A stretch of 64,000 bases of DNA from positions 7,068,001 through 7,132,000 of the forward strand of contig JBHGNT010000011.1 of assembly GCA_043228905.1 (NCBI GenBank), read 5' to 3'. This stretch comes from Azolla caroliniana (taxonomy: Eukaryota > Plantae > Polypodiophyta). The stretch's first letter is position 1. Each line of letters starts with the position of its first letter. A model generated the notes under the pieces. That model worked only from the letters and a program-made list of their open reading frames with translations, was not told the DNA's origin and made no database searches. Of this stretch, positions 1-12,500 are shown piece after piece. The position numbers and the translations under genes were made by a program.

Positions 1-2373
1 TGTTCTGCTGACCGATGAGGGGGAGCCGGAAAGCTTCGAAGAAGTGAAGGAAGACACCCACAACCGAAAATGGTTAAGTGTCATGCAGGACGAGATGGAT
101 TCCCTGCATGAGAACCATATGTACGAATTGGTGGAGTTGCCGAAAGGAAAGCGGGCACTCCGAAACAAGTGGGTGTACAAGTTGAAACCGGGAGATGCCG
201 GCAACCCCCCGAGATACAAAGCCAGGATCGTGGTGAAGGGGTTCCAGCAGAAGAAGGGCGTGGACTTCGACGAGATATTTTCCCCGGTAGTAAAGATGAC
301 CTCCATCCGGATGGTGCTGAGTATAGCGGCAAGCATGGACCTCGAGGTAGAGCAGGTAGACGTGCAGACGACATTCCTTCACGGTGACCTCGAAGAGGAG
401 ATCTACATGCAGCAACCGGAAGGATTCGTGGAGAAAGGGAAGGAGCACCTAGTATGCCGGTTGAAGAAGAGCCTGTACGGACTGAAGCAGGCTCCCCGAC
501 AATGGAACCGGAAGTTCGATTCCTTCATGACCGATCAAGGGTAACACAAGACACAGGCCGATCACTGCGTGTTTGTGAAGAAGTTCGAAGAAGGCCACTT
601 CCTAATACTCCTTTTGTACGTGGATGACATGTTGATCGTCGGACGTGACCAAGTCAAAATACGGATGCTGAAGAAGGCTCTCAACCGGACCTTCTCAACG
701 AAAGACTTGGGTCGGGCAAGACAGATGTTGGGGATGCACATCATCTTGAACCGGTCAACGAAGCAATTATGGCTGTCACAGGAGAAGTATGTGACAAAGG
801 TGCTTCACCGGTTCAACATGTCAGAAGCGAAACCGGTCGGATCGACACTTCCGGCAAACTGCAGGCTATCCGGCAAGCAAAGCCCGAAGACGAAAGTAGA
901 GAAGGTGGATATCATGAAGATTCCATATGCCTCTGCCGTCGGGAGCTTGATGTACGCAATGGTTTGTACTCGACCAGATATAGGATATGCAATCGGAGTG
1001 GTGAGCCGGTTCATGAGTAATCCTGGCAAGGAGCACTGGAACGCGGTCAAATGGATACTCCGGTATTTGAAGGGCACTTCAAATATGTGTCTCTGATTCG
1101 GCTCCGGAAAACCTCAACTGGACGGTTTCACCGATTTAGACATGTCGGCTGATGTGGATACCAGCCGGTCTACATCCGGGTATGTAATGACATATGCAGG
1201 GGGAGCTGTTTCGTGGAAGTTGAGGCTGCAGAAGACGGTTGCATTGTCAACCATGGAGGCGGAGTACATGGCGGCTGTGGAAGCCGGCAAGGAAATTTTA
1301 TGGATGAAGGACTTCATCGGCTAGCTCGGTATACGACAAGAGGAATACTGACTCTATTGCGACAGTCAAAGTGCCATCCACCTTGCTAAGAATGCGGCCT
1401 ACCATTCTCGGACGAAGCATATCCAGCGGACGTATCACTGGATCCGGGAAAGAGTAGATGACGAGGAGTTCGCACTGACGAAGATCCACACGGCCGAGAA
1501 CGGGTCAGATATGGTGACCAAAGTGCTGACACCCGACAAGCTAGATGCATGCCGTAAGAGGATCGGACTGGTAAGACACCCCATGCCGGAGTGAAGGGGG
1601 AGTTTGTTGAGAGGCAGGTCCCTCCAGATGGGAATGGAGAAGAACAGTGCCGATGAACAAACTAGGCCGAGGCCAATAGGCCGAGGCCGAAACCGTATGA
1701 GGAGAACCCGGCTACGGAGAGCCGGATGATACAGACCCGGTGAAGACCGGATGAGGAGTACCCGGCTACGGAGAGCCGGATGATACAGACCCAGTGAAGA
1801 CCGGATGAGGAGTACCCGGCTACGGAGAGCCGGATGATACAGACCCAGTGAAGACCGGATGAGGAGTACCCGGCTACGGAGAGCCGGATGGTGCAGACCC
1901 GGTATGAACCGGATGAAGAGACATATTCGTAAATATGTTTTCTGAGAGTTCATCGAGGCTATATTTGTAAATAGCCGAAAAGTGATATTAGTATAAATAT
2001 GACTTAGGGCAAACTTTTAGTGGTTGTTGCTATTTTCTGTTTTTTGCACGAGATTAGTGTGCGTAACTGTACACACAGAGAGAGAGAGGGATCGAGGTCG
2101 TTGCCTCTGTTGTAACCACCGCCTATGGCGAAGATCGTGAGCACGAGGTCGTTGCCTCCGTGAACTCACTGTTTGCACATTCCAATATAGTGATAGTTTG
2201 CAGCCTGTGGGCTGTCGTGGTTTTTCCCTCAGTTTGGGTTTTCCACGTAAACATCCTGTCTATCTTTTTTCTCTCCTTTGTGTCGTGCATTTGTTTCCCG
2301 TTTTTCCGTGTATGAAAAGAATCTCGGTTGTGGCCGAGCGTTGGACATAAGGAGCGTTTGGGTTCTCGTCACA
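1..2373 (+). mobile_element. Ty1/copia element A1, 3' part (RT, RNase H, PPT, 3' LTR 1605-2373)
   Basis: Copia RT motifs (YKARIVVKGFQQ, LYGLKQAPRQW, LLYVDDML) and RNase H (RSTSGY), broken by stops. PPT AAGGGGGAG at about 1594-1602. LTR starts TGTTG and ends CA. Confidence 0.93.
1690..1915. repeat. 54-bp tandem repeat (about 4 copies) inside the A1 LTR
   Basis: Unit TGAAGACCGGATGAGGAGTACCCGGCTACGGAGAGCCGGATG... recurs at 1741, 1795 and 1849. Confidence 0.9.
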
Positions 2374-5300
2374 TCCTTCGCTTCTTCGAAGCTTTCCGGC
2401 TCCCCCTCATCGGTCAGCAGAACATGCTCTGCATCTGGAAATCTCTGGGGGGCCCTTCTCTCTCTGAGAGGATATCTCTGTCTTCGGGCTTCGGTAACCG
2501 GCTCCTCCATTTGCTCTTCATCCGAATCTGATTCGAGGTCTTGGCCGGTTCTGGTTTCAACTTCCTCTACTTCTTCTTCTGCCAGTTCAATATCCTCACC
2601 GTAACCGGCTGGCTCCTCGAGTGCTAACCGGTCTCTTCCTGGTTGGGTCTGTTCATTGTAGAGTCTATCCTTACCGGTCGATTTGGAGTTCATTATCTTC
2701 TTCTCCGACTCCCAGTCGGCGAGCGTCTTTGCCTCCATGAAGATAATATCTCGACTCCTGAATACCTTCTTGTCGATCGGGTCCCACACTGAGTAGCCGA
2801 ACTCATCGTTCCGTAACCGAGGAATATGCATGGCCGGGTCTTTGGATCTAACTTTCCTCTCCGGTCCTTAGCTACATGCACGTACGCGAGACACCCGAAC
2901 ACCTTCAGATGCCGGTAGGACACTTCCTTACTGGTCCAAACTCTTTGTGGCATGTCTCCGTCCAAAGGTACTGAGGGTGATCTGTTTATCACGTATGCCG
3001 CCATCGACAATGCCTCAGCCCAAAACTTCTTGGGTAGTTTTGCATGCGCTAGCATACTCCGGACCCTCTCCATGATGGTCCGGTTCATCCTCTCGGCCAG
3101 CCTGTTTAGTTCCGGCGTCTTCGGCACGGTAAATTCGAGCCGGATTCCCTTCGAGCGACAGTACTCCTCGAACTGCCCCCGGTATTCACCTCCGTTATCT
3201 GCTCGAACCACCTTCAGCTTCCGGCCGGTTTCTCTTTCCACTCCCGCGTGGAGCTCTTTGAAGACGGATAACACCTGATCCTTCGTCTTCAATGGTGTGG
3301 CCCACAGTTTCCGGGTGTGGTCATCTATGAACGTCACGAAGTACTGCGATCCGGCATGTGACTTCGTGTCCACTTGACACACATCTGTATGCGCCAACTC
3401 CAATGGCGCATTACGTCTCATCGGTGGCCTTGATCGGAAGGAGGTCCGGTTTTGTTTACCGGCCAGACAGTCAGTGCACTTCTCCAAGTGTACATTCTTC
3501 ATTGGAATGAGGTTGTCATCAACAAGCCTCTTCATCCCCTTCTCGCTCATGTGACACAACCTCTTGTGCCACAACTCACCAGCAGTGTCGGATGCCACGT
3601 TCACTTCTTCCGGACATAACCGGGCATTCATCAGGTACATAGTGTTTACCTTCCGGGCCCGAGCCACAATTAGGCTCCCGTTACTGAACTTCATGACACC
3701 GTTCCGGATGCTACCCGTGTAGCCCATATCATCTAGCCGACCGGCTGATATCAGGTTCAGACGAACCTCTGGAACGTGTCGGACATCCTTCAGCAGCAAC
3801 TTGCATCCGGTTGGTGTTGTCAGCCACACGTCTCCTATGCCGACAATTCGGCATGTACCTTCATTCCCCATCCGGACATAGTCGTGATCACCGGTTGAGT
3901 AGGATGAGAAGCATTTCCGGTCCGGGGTAAGGTGGAATGACGCTCCGAAGTCTACCACCCAGGTCATCTCGTCGCCGGCAAGGTTTATCTCACTCGCCTC
4001 CGTGATGACCATCAACTCTTCTTCACTTGCCGTGATTGCCATCGTTCCCTTCCGGTCCGGCCCCCTCCGGTCTTTACCGTTCCGGTCTGGGGTCCGCTTC
4101 GAATCGGTACCGTCGGTTTCCTTGTCTTTTTGGAAATGCTGACAGTTCTTTTGGAAGTGTCCCGGCTTGCCGCAATAGAAGCAAGTAGGCCTCCCCCTTG
4201 ACTTTGACCGTGTCCCCGACTTCTCTTGGTTCTGGGGACTACGGTTTCTGTGTCTTCCGCGTTCTGATTCGGTAAGGAGCGCTTTGGAGTCGGAGCTCGT
4301 TTCTTTATCTTTTCGACGCGCCTCCTCATCTAGCAAGCTCGACTTTACTCTTGCTAGGGATAACCGCTTTCCTTCCGGCTCGGCGTTGCCCAAAGTGACA
4401 ACGAACGTCTCCCAACTATCCGGGAGGGAACCGAGCAGGAGTAGCGCAAGTACCTCATCGGTGAGAGGTACTTCCAATGAAGTTGCCTGGTGGATCAGCC
4501 CCTGGAAGGCATTCATGTGCTCCGCCATGCTGGAGCCATTTTGGTACCGGAGTCTTACTAGCTTCCGGAATACCGAAACCTGATTAACAACATTTTTGTT
4601 TTGAAACATTATGTCGATCTTCTCCCAGAGCTCATGAGCCTTGCTCTCTTCATTGAAGTTGTTGTACAGGCTCATGTCGATGAAGCACCGTATGTATGCC
4701 GTTGTCTTCATGTGCATCACCTCCCATATCGCGGCGTCGATTTTGTCCGGTCTCTTGTCCCCGAACTGAACCGGCAGCCAGAGGTCTTTAACCACGAGCA
4801 TGTCCCTCATCTTCGACTTCCACACTGAATAGTTGGAGCCAGTGAGCTTGAATATGCCGCCAAACGATTCGTCCATTTTCTGTGTCGTTTTGCTCTGATA
4901 CCACTTGGTGGGAACTCAACGTTCCTTATCCGCAATGCTCGGCCACAACCGAGCTTAGAATCATACACAGAAAACGGGAAATAATAAATGACACAAAGAA
5001 GAGAAGAGTACACAAGAGGTTTACGTGGAAAACCCCAAACTAGGGAAAAACCACGGCAGCCCACAGGGTGCAAACTGTCACTATGTAAGAATGTACAACA
5101 GTGAGTTCACGGAGGCAACGACCTCGTGCTCACAGTCTTCGCCACAGGCGGCAGTTACAACTGAGGCAGCGACCTCTATCTCTCTCTCTCTCTCTCTGTA
5201 TACACTATTACGCGCACTAATCTCATGCAAAACAAGAATGACAACTACAACTAAAAGTTTTCCCTAAGTCATTTTTATACTAATATGACTTTTCGGCTAT

Positions 5301-5706
5301 TTACAAATATAGCCATGATGGACTCTCAGAAAACATATTTACGAATATGTTTCTTCATCCGGTTCTCACCGGGTCTGCACCATCCGGCTCTCCGTAGCCG
5401 AGTACTCCTCATCCGGTTCTCACCAGGTCTGTATCATCCAGCTCTCCGTAGCCGGGTACTCCTCATCCGGTCTTCATCGGGTCTGTACCATCCGGCTCTC
5501 CATAGCCGGGTACTCATCATCCAGTCTTCACCGGGTCTGTATCATCTGGCTCTCCGTAGCCGGGTACTCCTCATCCGGTCTTCACCGGGTCTGTACCATC
5601 CGGCTCTCCGTAGCCGGGTACTCGTCATCTGGATTCGGCCTCGGCCGAGTTTGTTCATCGGCATTGTTCTTCTCCCTTCCCATCCGAAGGGACCTGTCTC
5701 CCAACA
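2374..5706 (-). mobile_element. Ty1/copia element A2, 5' part (5' LTR 4906-5706, Met PBS, gag-PR-INT), interrupted by A1
   Basis: PBS TGGTATCAGAGC on the minus strand at 4892-4903. LTR is homologous to the A1 LTR and has the same 54-bp repeats (about 5 copies, 5355-5640). Confidence 0.93.
2693..4876 (-). CDS. Copia gag-protease-integrase polyprotein, frameshifted at the 3' end
   Basis: CFYCGKPGHFQKNC zinc knuckle, WVVDFGASFH protease, WHKRLCH, HTDVC / RADNGGEY / AERMNRTIME integrase core. Confidence 0.9.
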   Translation of the reverse strand: MDESFGGIFKLTGSNYSVWKSKMRDMLVVKDLWLPVQFGDKRPDKIDAAIWEVMHMKTTAYIRCFIDMSLYNNFNEESKAHELWEKIDIMFQNKNVVNQVSVFRKLVRLRYQNGSSMAEHMNAFQGLIHQATSLEVPLTDEVLALLLLGSLPDSWETFVVTLGNAEPEGKRLSLARVKSSLLDEEARRKDKETSSDSKALLTESERGRHRNRSPQNQEKSGTRSKSRGRPTCFYCGKPGHFQKNCQHFQKDKETDGTDSKRTPDRNGKDRRGPDRKGTMAITASEEELMVITEASEINLAGDEMTWVVDFGASFHLTPDRKCFSSYSTGDHDYVRMGNEGTCRIVGIGDVWLTTPTGCKLLLKDVRHVPEVRLNLISAGRLDDMGYTGSIRNGVMKFSNGSLIVARARKVNTMYLMNARLCPEEVNVASDTAGELWHKRLCHMSEKGMKRLVDDNLIPMKNVHLEKCTDCLAGKQNRTSFRSRPPMRRNAPLELAHTDVCQVDTKSHAGSQYFVTFIDDHTRKLWATPLKTKDQVLSVFKELHAGVERETGRKLKVVRADNGGEYRGQFEEYCRSKGIRLEFTVPKTPELNRLAERMNRTIMERVRSMLAHAKLPKKFWAEALSMAAYVINRSPSVPLDGDMPQRVWTSKEVSYRHLKVFGCLAYVHVAKDRRGKLDPKTRPCIFLGYGTMSSATQCGTRSTRRYSGVEILSSWRQRRSPTGSRRRR

Positions 5707-7603
5707 ATCCGCAGCCCCGACGGTATATTTCTTTCTCAACGCCATTATGTGTTGAATATACTGTACAAGTTTGCATGACGAAATGCCGACCTGTCTCCAC
5801 ACCCCTGGACCGAAATCAGAAGATCCGTCCCAACTCCGGACCAGCCTGGATTGAGAAAAGCTTTTGACAAATAGTTGGAAGCCTGATGTACTTGACCATC
5901 ACCCGACCCGACATTAGCTATCCGGTCGGACTGGTAAGGCAATTCATGCAGAAGCCGACCGTGGAGCACCTTCAGTGCGCGCAACGAATACTGAGATATG
6001 TAAGCGGCACTAAGGACCAGAGGCTCTTATACCGGCAAGGCATAACCGAAGAACTTGTCGGCTACACGGATGCCGACTGGGCTGGCGATGCAACGGATCG
6101 TCGCTGAACTTTTGGCTTTATGTTTTTCTTGGGAGCGCGGCTGTTGCGTGGAGCAGCAAAAAGCAGCCAATAGTGGCTCTATCCAGCACTGAGGCTGAAT
6201 ACCGGGGCGCGACCGTTGCCACCTGCGAAGCCATTTGGCTTCGGCAACTATTGCAAGACTTGCGGATCGAGGTACCGACCCCGATCCTGATCTACTACGA
6301 TAACCTCAGCAGTATGCAACTCGCCAAGAACCCTGTGTTCCATGCTCGCACAAAGCACATAGAAGTGCATTATCCCTTCGTGCGTGAGCGGGTCCTGAGC
6401 GTTGAAGTTGAACTACGGTATGTTCACACGGATCGACAAGTTGCTGACATCTTCACCAAACCGCTTGGGTCAAATAAGTTGCAGCACTTTACCGAAATGC
6501 TTGGTGTTCAGCATCTCGATGTGCCGCACTTGAGGGGGAGACGCAAGGGCAAAGACACTACCGAAATGGGCAAAGGCAAAAAAACTATTGAACCCGTAGG
6601 TAATAGAAGAACCGGTAGAGGTGGAGACAAGAAGAAAAATGAAGCCGAGTCGATGAAGGAAGTTGGCACATCCGAACAGGTCGGAGTGAGCGGCTATGAA
6701 GAAGAAGTGTACACTCAGGAAGAGAAGTGCATGCTATGCGGAGGTCATCACGATTGTAATGGCCATGATGCGGAGTTGAATGAAGAATTCGACTTCGGTG
6801 AACCGGCTGAAGAAGCCAAGGGAAGCAAGGAGAAGGCCAAGACCCGGACGTGGTCTGATGTGGTGAGAAGCCTGAAGCCGAAAATCGAATCGGAGGATAC
6901 CGATTCGGACAAGAGCTGGAACGAGTCGGAGACAACCGATTCATATCAACAGATGGATCTGGATGAGTCGAATCAACGAGAGGCCAAGGAGACACAGACG
7001 CAGCAGAGGTCGACGCCATCGCGGTGAAACCAACGAATCGGCAAGCGTCGGAGTCAGAGCAACGAAGGAGCTGAGATGGGCCTATTGAGCAGACATGTCG
7101 GAGGTCGAGGCACGCAAAACCAAAGGGGTCGCGGCAAACGAGACCAGACCGGACAAGGAGCGTGAGCAAGGCGAAGCGACGCCAGGAGAAGTCGGTTGGA
7201 AGAACCGGCTGCCACAGAGGTTGACACTACGACCCTACCTCAGGTTGAGCTTGAGGGGGAGTGTTGAGCGGCAAGCTCAACCGGAGCCAGATCGGCTGAA
7301 TAAGCCTGAGCCAGTAAGCGAGATGAATCGGTATGCCGGTGAGCAACCGAGCCGGTAAGCAGTAAGGACCGGTAAGCTGGGGAGCCGGTATGCCGGATCT
7401 AATCCATAACCAGAAGCCTAGTATAGGTTAGACTACTAGGCAGTTATAGTCTCGTAGTTAGTGTCAGATGCTCGTGTGAGCATTGAAGTACACCGTACTT
7501 CTAACAGTCCCATGTGGACTTGTATAAATAACTTTGATGAGCGTGTTGTAACATAGACAGAAAGAACAGAGTATTCATATAATTTTGAAAAATAGTGTGT
7601 CCT

Positions 7604-7657
<54 letters not shown>

Positions 7658-7732
7658 CCGCGTACTCTCTCCCTCTCTTTGTGTATTGTTCTTTCTAATG
7701 CTTCCACAAGCAATCTTTGACATATCTTTACA
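5707..7732 (+). mobile_element. Ty1/copia element B, 3' part (RT end, RNase H with C-terminal extension, 3' LTR 7262-7732)
   Basis: YLTITRPDISY, GYTDADWAGD, ALSSTEAEY, HARTKHIEVHY. PPT GAGCTTGAGGGGGAG precedes TGTTG at 7262. LTR ends TTTACA and contains (CT)n at 7605-7655. Confidence 0.9.
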
Positions 7733-8697
7733 AACAGTAAAAACTAGCATTTTAAATGAAGAGACAAGAAGAAAGGATAAAAGTGTCTTGTCTCAATCAA
7801 AGGCTAATGTGACCCAAGAACTTAGTAGAGGTAGAAGAGTGTTGAGAATCAAGCTCAACTTGGTCTAGTGTGTGAACTCACCTTGAGAGTGAAGAGACAC
7901 CTCAACGGTCAAGAGTCACCATTATGTCACCACTTTGTATTCTAGCATTTAGTATGAGTCATAGAATCATATTCTATGACACATAACTTATGAGCTTTCA
8001 CATTCCCCATGCTCCATGAGCCTTGTAGTTAATGAAGAGAGAGGGTAACTACATAAAGCACCCTCCTCCCACCTTGTATCATGTTGCGTCTTTCTCCTTT
8101 GTCAATATATCTTTTACATTGCGTATTCCTTGTCTCTCTCTCTCACACTCTCTCTCTCATTTCTGTGACACTGTAGGTTGGGATGCCTACTGTGTCTTGT
8201 CTGCACATATGACCTAAAGTGGGTGAAATCGAAGCTTGGAGCAGCATACTTGAACTGCTTCCCCAACTGTGAAGAAGAACCACTCCCTCCCCACCAAGTC
8301 CATGTACCCTGCTTCCTCCAACTTTCGAGCCACTCCCCCTCCTGGGTTCGCAAATGCAAGCTGTGATTGAGTCGTCCACCGTCTTCTACCGTCTGCTACC
8401 GTCGTCTGCCGTCTGTTGCCGCCGTCTGTCGTCTGCTGCTGCCGTCTGCCGTCTGCCGTCTGCTGCCGCCGTCTGCCGTCGTCTACCGTCGTTTTGACGA
8501 CTGCCACCGTCACGGGGTGTTTTCTTCTCCGTTCTTGATGTGGTGAAGTACCTTTTTCTCGACGAGTTTCGTGGGTGGGTTCTTTTGGTGTGCTCGTCCC
8601 GTGCTACAAAATGCCGATGTGATTGCGACACACACAAAAACTCGGCTAAGTCTCGAACCCATTTATTTTACCTTCTTTTTTTCTTATTGACACCACA

Positions 8698-9510
8698 ATG
8701 ACGTCTAGACGGACTAAGGAACTTAAGGATATACAAGACGAGGCTATAAGTAAGGAGGACTTTTTAGATATGTTTAATCGTTTAACAAAAATAGAGATGG
8801 ATATGAAAAAATGGGTGAAAGACACCGAAACCTACAAGAAAAAAGATAGAGAGGAAAAAGACGCCCTCAAGGCCGAAATAGAACAACTTAAAGTAGAAAA
8901 CATCGACCTTAAAAAACAACTTAAGGACATCGAGGTATCTCGAGAAGACGGTGAAATATCCTCTATAGAGGATATAAAGGACGAAATTAAAAAAGTTAAA
9001 GAGGAAGTTAATAATAACATAGAGTTAGCTAAAACGGGTTGGGTAGATGTGGTTAAAAGAAACATTAAAAAAGAAATAAAAGATGAAAATATTGTTAACA
9101 CCACCCTTGAAGAAGAGAAAATGCGTCAGGCCCGACGCTTAAATGTACGTGTCACTGGGCTCAAGGAAGGTGCATCCCCAAATGAGGACGCACAAACACT
9201 TGGGAAAATGTTAGGGTACACAGAGGCCCTACCTATCACCAAAGCATGGAGGGCCGGGCGTGACACAACTAGGAAGAGAGCCTTAGTCCTTCAATTTAAA
9301 GACTTAGACTCTAGAATCACTTTCTTTAAGAAGAGACCAATCCTTCGAGGAATGGATGGGGACCCCATCTATCTCGATGAAGACCTCACTAAGATGCAAA
9401 TTGAGCATCGCAAGAGTTGTATGCCACGAGTTATGCAAGCTCGTAAAGAAGGCCATCGCGCCTTTTACCGAGACGGGCGAGTGATCATAAATGATCGCAC
9501 TACTAACTGA
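8698..9510 (+). CDS. LINE ORF1 protein (coiled coil plus RRM/CTD-like region)
   Basis: 270 aa open frame; K/E-rich heptads followed by RLNVRVTGLKE and IYLDEDLT, as in LINE ORF1 proteins. Confidence 0.85.
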   Translation: MTSRRTKELKDIQDEAISKEDFLDMFNRLTKIEMDMKKWVKDTETYKKKDREEKDALKAEIEQLKVENIDLKKQLKDIEVSREDGEISSIEDIKDEIKKVKEEVNNNIELAKTGWVDVVKRNIKKEIKDENIVNTTLEEEKMRQARRLNVRVTGLKEGASPNEDAQTLGKMLGYTEALPITKAWRAGRDTTRKRALVLQFKDLDSRITFFKKRPILRGMDGDPIYLDEDLTKMQIEHRKSCMPRVMQARKEGHRAFYRDGRVIINDRTTN

Positions 9511-9516
9511 CGGCGT

Positions 9517-12500
9517 GTGGCCCATGTGACAGAAAATGCACTTAGGATGACCCTATGGAATTGTAATGGCGCACTCTGGGCACACCCCGGCCGCCTAGAG
9601 GAGATACTAAAGGTATCTGATATACTCTTCTTGGTAGAAACACATCAGAGCCCAAATAGAGGACTCCCACGGGTCGAAGGATTCCGTTGGGAGTCCGCTT
9701 TTAGACAAACCTCACGTCGACACACTACTAGGGGATCTGGAGGTGTCGCGATACTATTTCGTAGAGAGCTACATAATAGGATAGAAATAATGAAGATAGA
9801 CCCAGAAGCTCGTTTTATGTGGGTGAAAGTCTCCACAAGCAAAGACCATGCAGTATTTTTCGCCATTTGTTACTTTCCCCCAAAAGGATCCCGTTATAAT
9901 ATTAGTGGCTTGACGAGATTAGTCGATGAAGGAATGCCACATGGGCCTTCTCCATACGAACCCCTATCGGATGACATAATCCGATATTCTTCCCAAGGAG
10001 AAGTATTTCTTGTAGGAGACTTCAATGCGAGAACCCAATCCCGACAATGCACAGTATTTCAGATGAATAGAAACCTAGAAATGGTAAATGTTGATCCTTT
10101 AGACATAGGCACCACACGTAGATCAAAGGATCAAGGTGCGGACGCCACGAGCTTTGGCCATCACCTGCTCGAACTTGGCAGTCGGCACCAGATGGTCATA
10201 TATAATGGTTTAGCTAAGTGGCCGGGCTCGGAAGAGCTCACATGTTTTCCACATGGAGGAGGGGAAAGCACAGTTGACTATCTAATAGGGCGCCCGACAG
10301 CTACCCACTTGATTAACTCCTTCCGAGTGGCCCCATGCCCTATTGGCGCAGACCATAGCTTCTTATACTTCGAGCTAAAATGTGATATCTCTAAGGTCAC
10401 CAAGTCTAGTCAACCATGCCATCACACCACAATACATTTCACACATGAGCTCTCTGACATATACTCTCAACATGTTCAGGCCCATCTCCCCTCCATTGAT
10501 CCCTCTCTACCGTTAGAAAGCCTTAGTACAAAACTCACACACATCCTTCACTCCGCAGCAGCTAGCAGTTTCCCATATACAAAACACTCAAATCAAGGTA
10601 GATCAGGATCAATGCCACAAAATAAATGGTATGACGAGGATTGTAGGGACCTACATAGACAACTTACAGTATCGCAACTCAATGGTAGTATTACCTCCAC
10701 ACAAGCTCGCAAAGAAATGCGTAAGATGACACGTCGTAAGAGACGAGCGTGGGAGGCATCCCAATACTGGGAACTCTACCATATGCTCATGAGTAGCGAT
10801 TGCGCCACGGCATGGAAGAGACTACGGGAGCCAAGACCACAAACACCCATCGAAGATCCCGAAACTTGGCACACATATACAGAGAGACTTTACCAAATCC
10901 CAAACCAACCACCTTTTCCAATGCCTTCCACACCCCGGCCTACCACGGGGACACTTTTCACGACCTCTAGGGTCATGAAGGTCATAAAGAAATTACAACA
11001 TAGGAAGTCCATGGACCACACAGGATTGCGAGCAGAACACATTATATATGCGAGAGAGTGCCTAGCTCCCTTGCTAACTCTAATCTTCAATCGTGCCCTT
11101 GCGGAGGGTTTTCCACCACAGTGGACTATGAATACAGTGACCCCCATACATAAAGGGGGGGACCCCATGGACCCAAATACATATAGGACCATTATGATAG
11201 GCCATACCCTTGCTAAGTTATATGGTGCAGTAATGGAAGCAGAGCTTAGCGACTACATGGAGACCCTAAACCTTCGTGCACCTGAACAAGCTGGCTTTAG
11301 ACGAGCCTTCTCCACTATTGATCACATCTTCACACTTAGATGCCTAATTGACCAAACTAGGGCTCGCAAGAAGAGATTATATTGTTGTTTTGTGGACTTC
11401 CGCAAAGCCTTTGACACAGTCCCTAGAGATCGGTTGTCTGATAGACTTAAAAGCTTGAGGATACCAGATGATATGGTATGGGCCATCTACGCACTATATG
11501 AACAAGTGTCCGGGTGTGTCCGATGCCCAGGTGGCCTATCCAATCGTTTCACTAGCACTATTGGTGTAAAACAAGGTTGCCCCCTATCACCGACGCTTTT
11601 TGGGATTTACATTGATGAGATCACAGATTTTATTGCTCGTGAGGGAGGCACCGGAGTGGTCCTTGGGGATACGCAGGTTCGTATCTTGCTCTATGCGGAT
11701 GACATAGTTTTGCTCTCTGAATCCGAACACGACCTACAGAGGCACCTCAATGCCTTAGATGACTTTTGTGTACAACGAGGATTGGTAGTGAATCTAGGGA
11801 AAACGAAAGTCCTTATCTTCCACACATCGGCCCAAGTTAGAGCTAAGTGTCACCTAACTATCTCCCATAGCCCAGTCGAGGTGGTTGGATCGTACGTATA
11901 TCTCGGAGTCACTTTTAGTGCCCGCTCAGGTAAATTTTCGATGACACAGGCAGCGAAGGATAGACTCACGAGAGGACATGCATCCCTCTCACTCCTAGAG
12001 AGACAATGCCACCAAGCACACTTTCAAGAGCCACGGACTAAAGGGTGGCTCTTTGACTCATTAGTGACCCCCTCCCTCATGTATGCATCTGCGGTTTGGG
12101 CTCCAGGATTACCATCCTTCATGTGGACGCAATTAGAGAGACCATTGGTGATGATGCTATCACGCCAACTCCGAAGCAAATCGACTGTACCACATGACAT
12201 TATTAGGGCCGAGTTCACGTTACCCCCAATGCTAGTAGAGGCACTTTTTCAACTTGTAGTCTTTATTGATAGGATACATAGCCAACCACATGATAGAATA
12301 TCTCATCAAGCCTTTAAGGCCTCTCGATCATTGTATGAGTCCGGCTATACTAGCTCATGGTATGGCATGATGGTGACTTGGCTTCTTGCGAATGGTCTAG
12401 ACATTAATAACCTACCTCCCCTTAGGTACAACCACACGAGTGATAACACCTTAATCTCTCATGAGAACCGCAATAAAGTAATACGCCAAGAAATATGGCA

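Noticed and set aside
1-2424. Bases 1-51 are the near-exact reverse complement of 2374-2424, suggesting TIRs or an inversion
   Set aside because: Both are the same INT-RT linker in two related copias of opposite orientation; the window edge makes it look terminal.
1435-5755. ORFs with 18-aa repeats (1435-1953 and 5285-5755) and a CRISPR-like look
   Set aside because: They are antisense translations of the 54-bp LTR tandem repeat; there are no unique spacers and no cas genes.
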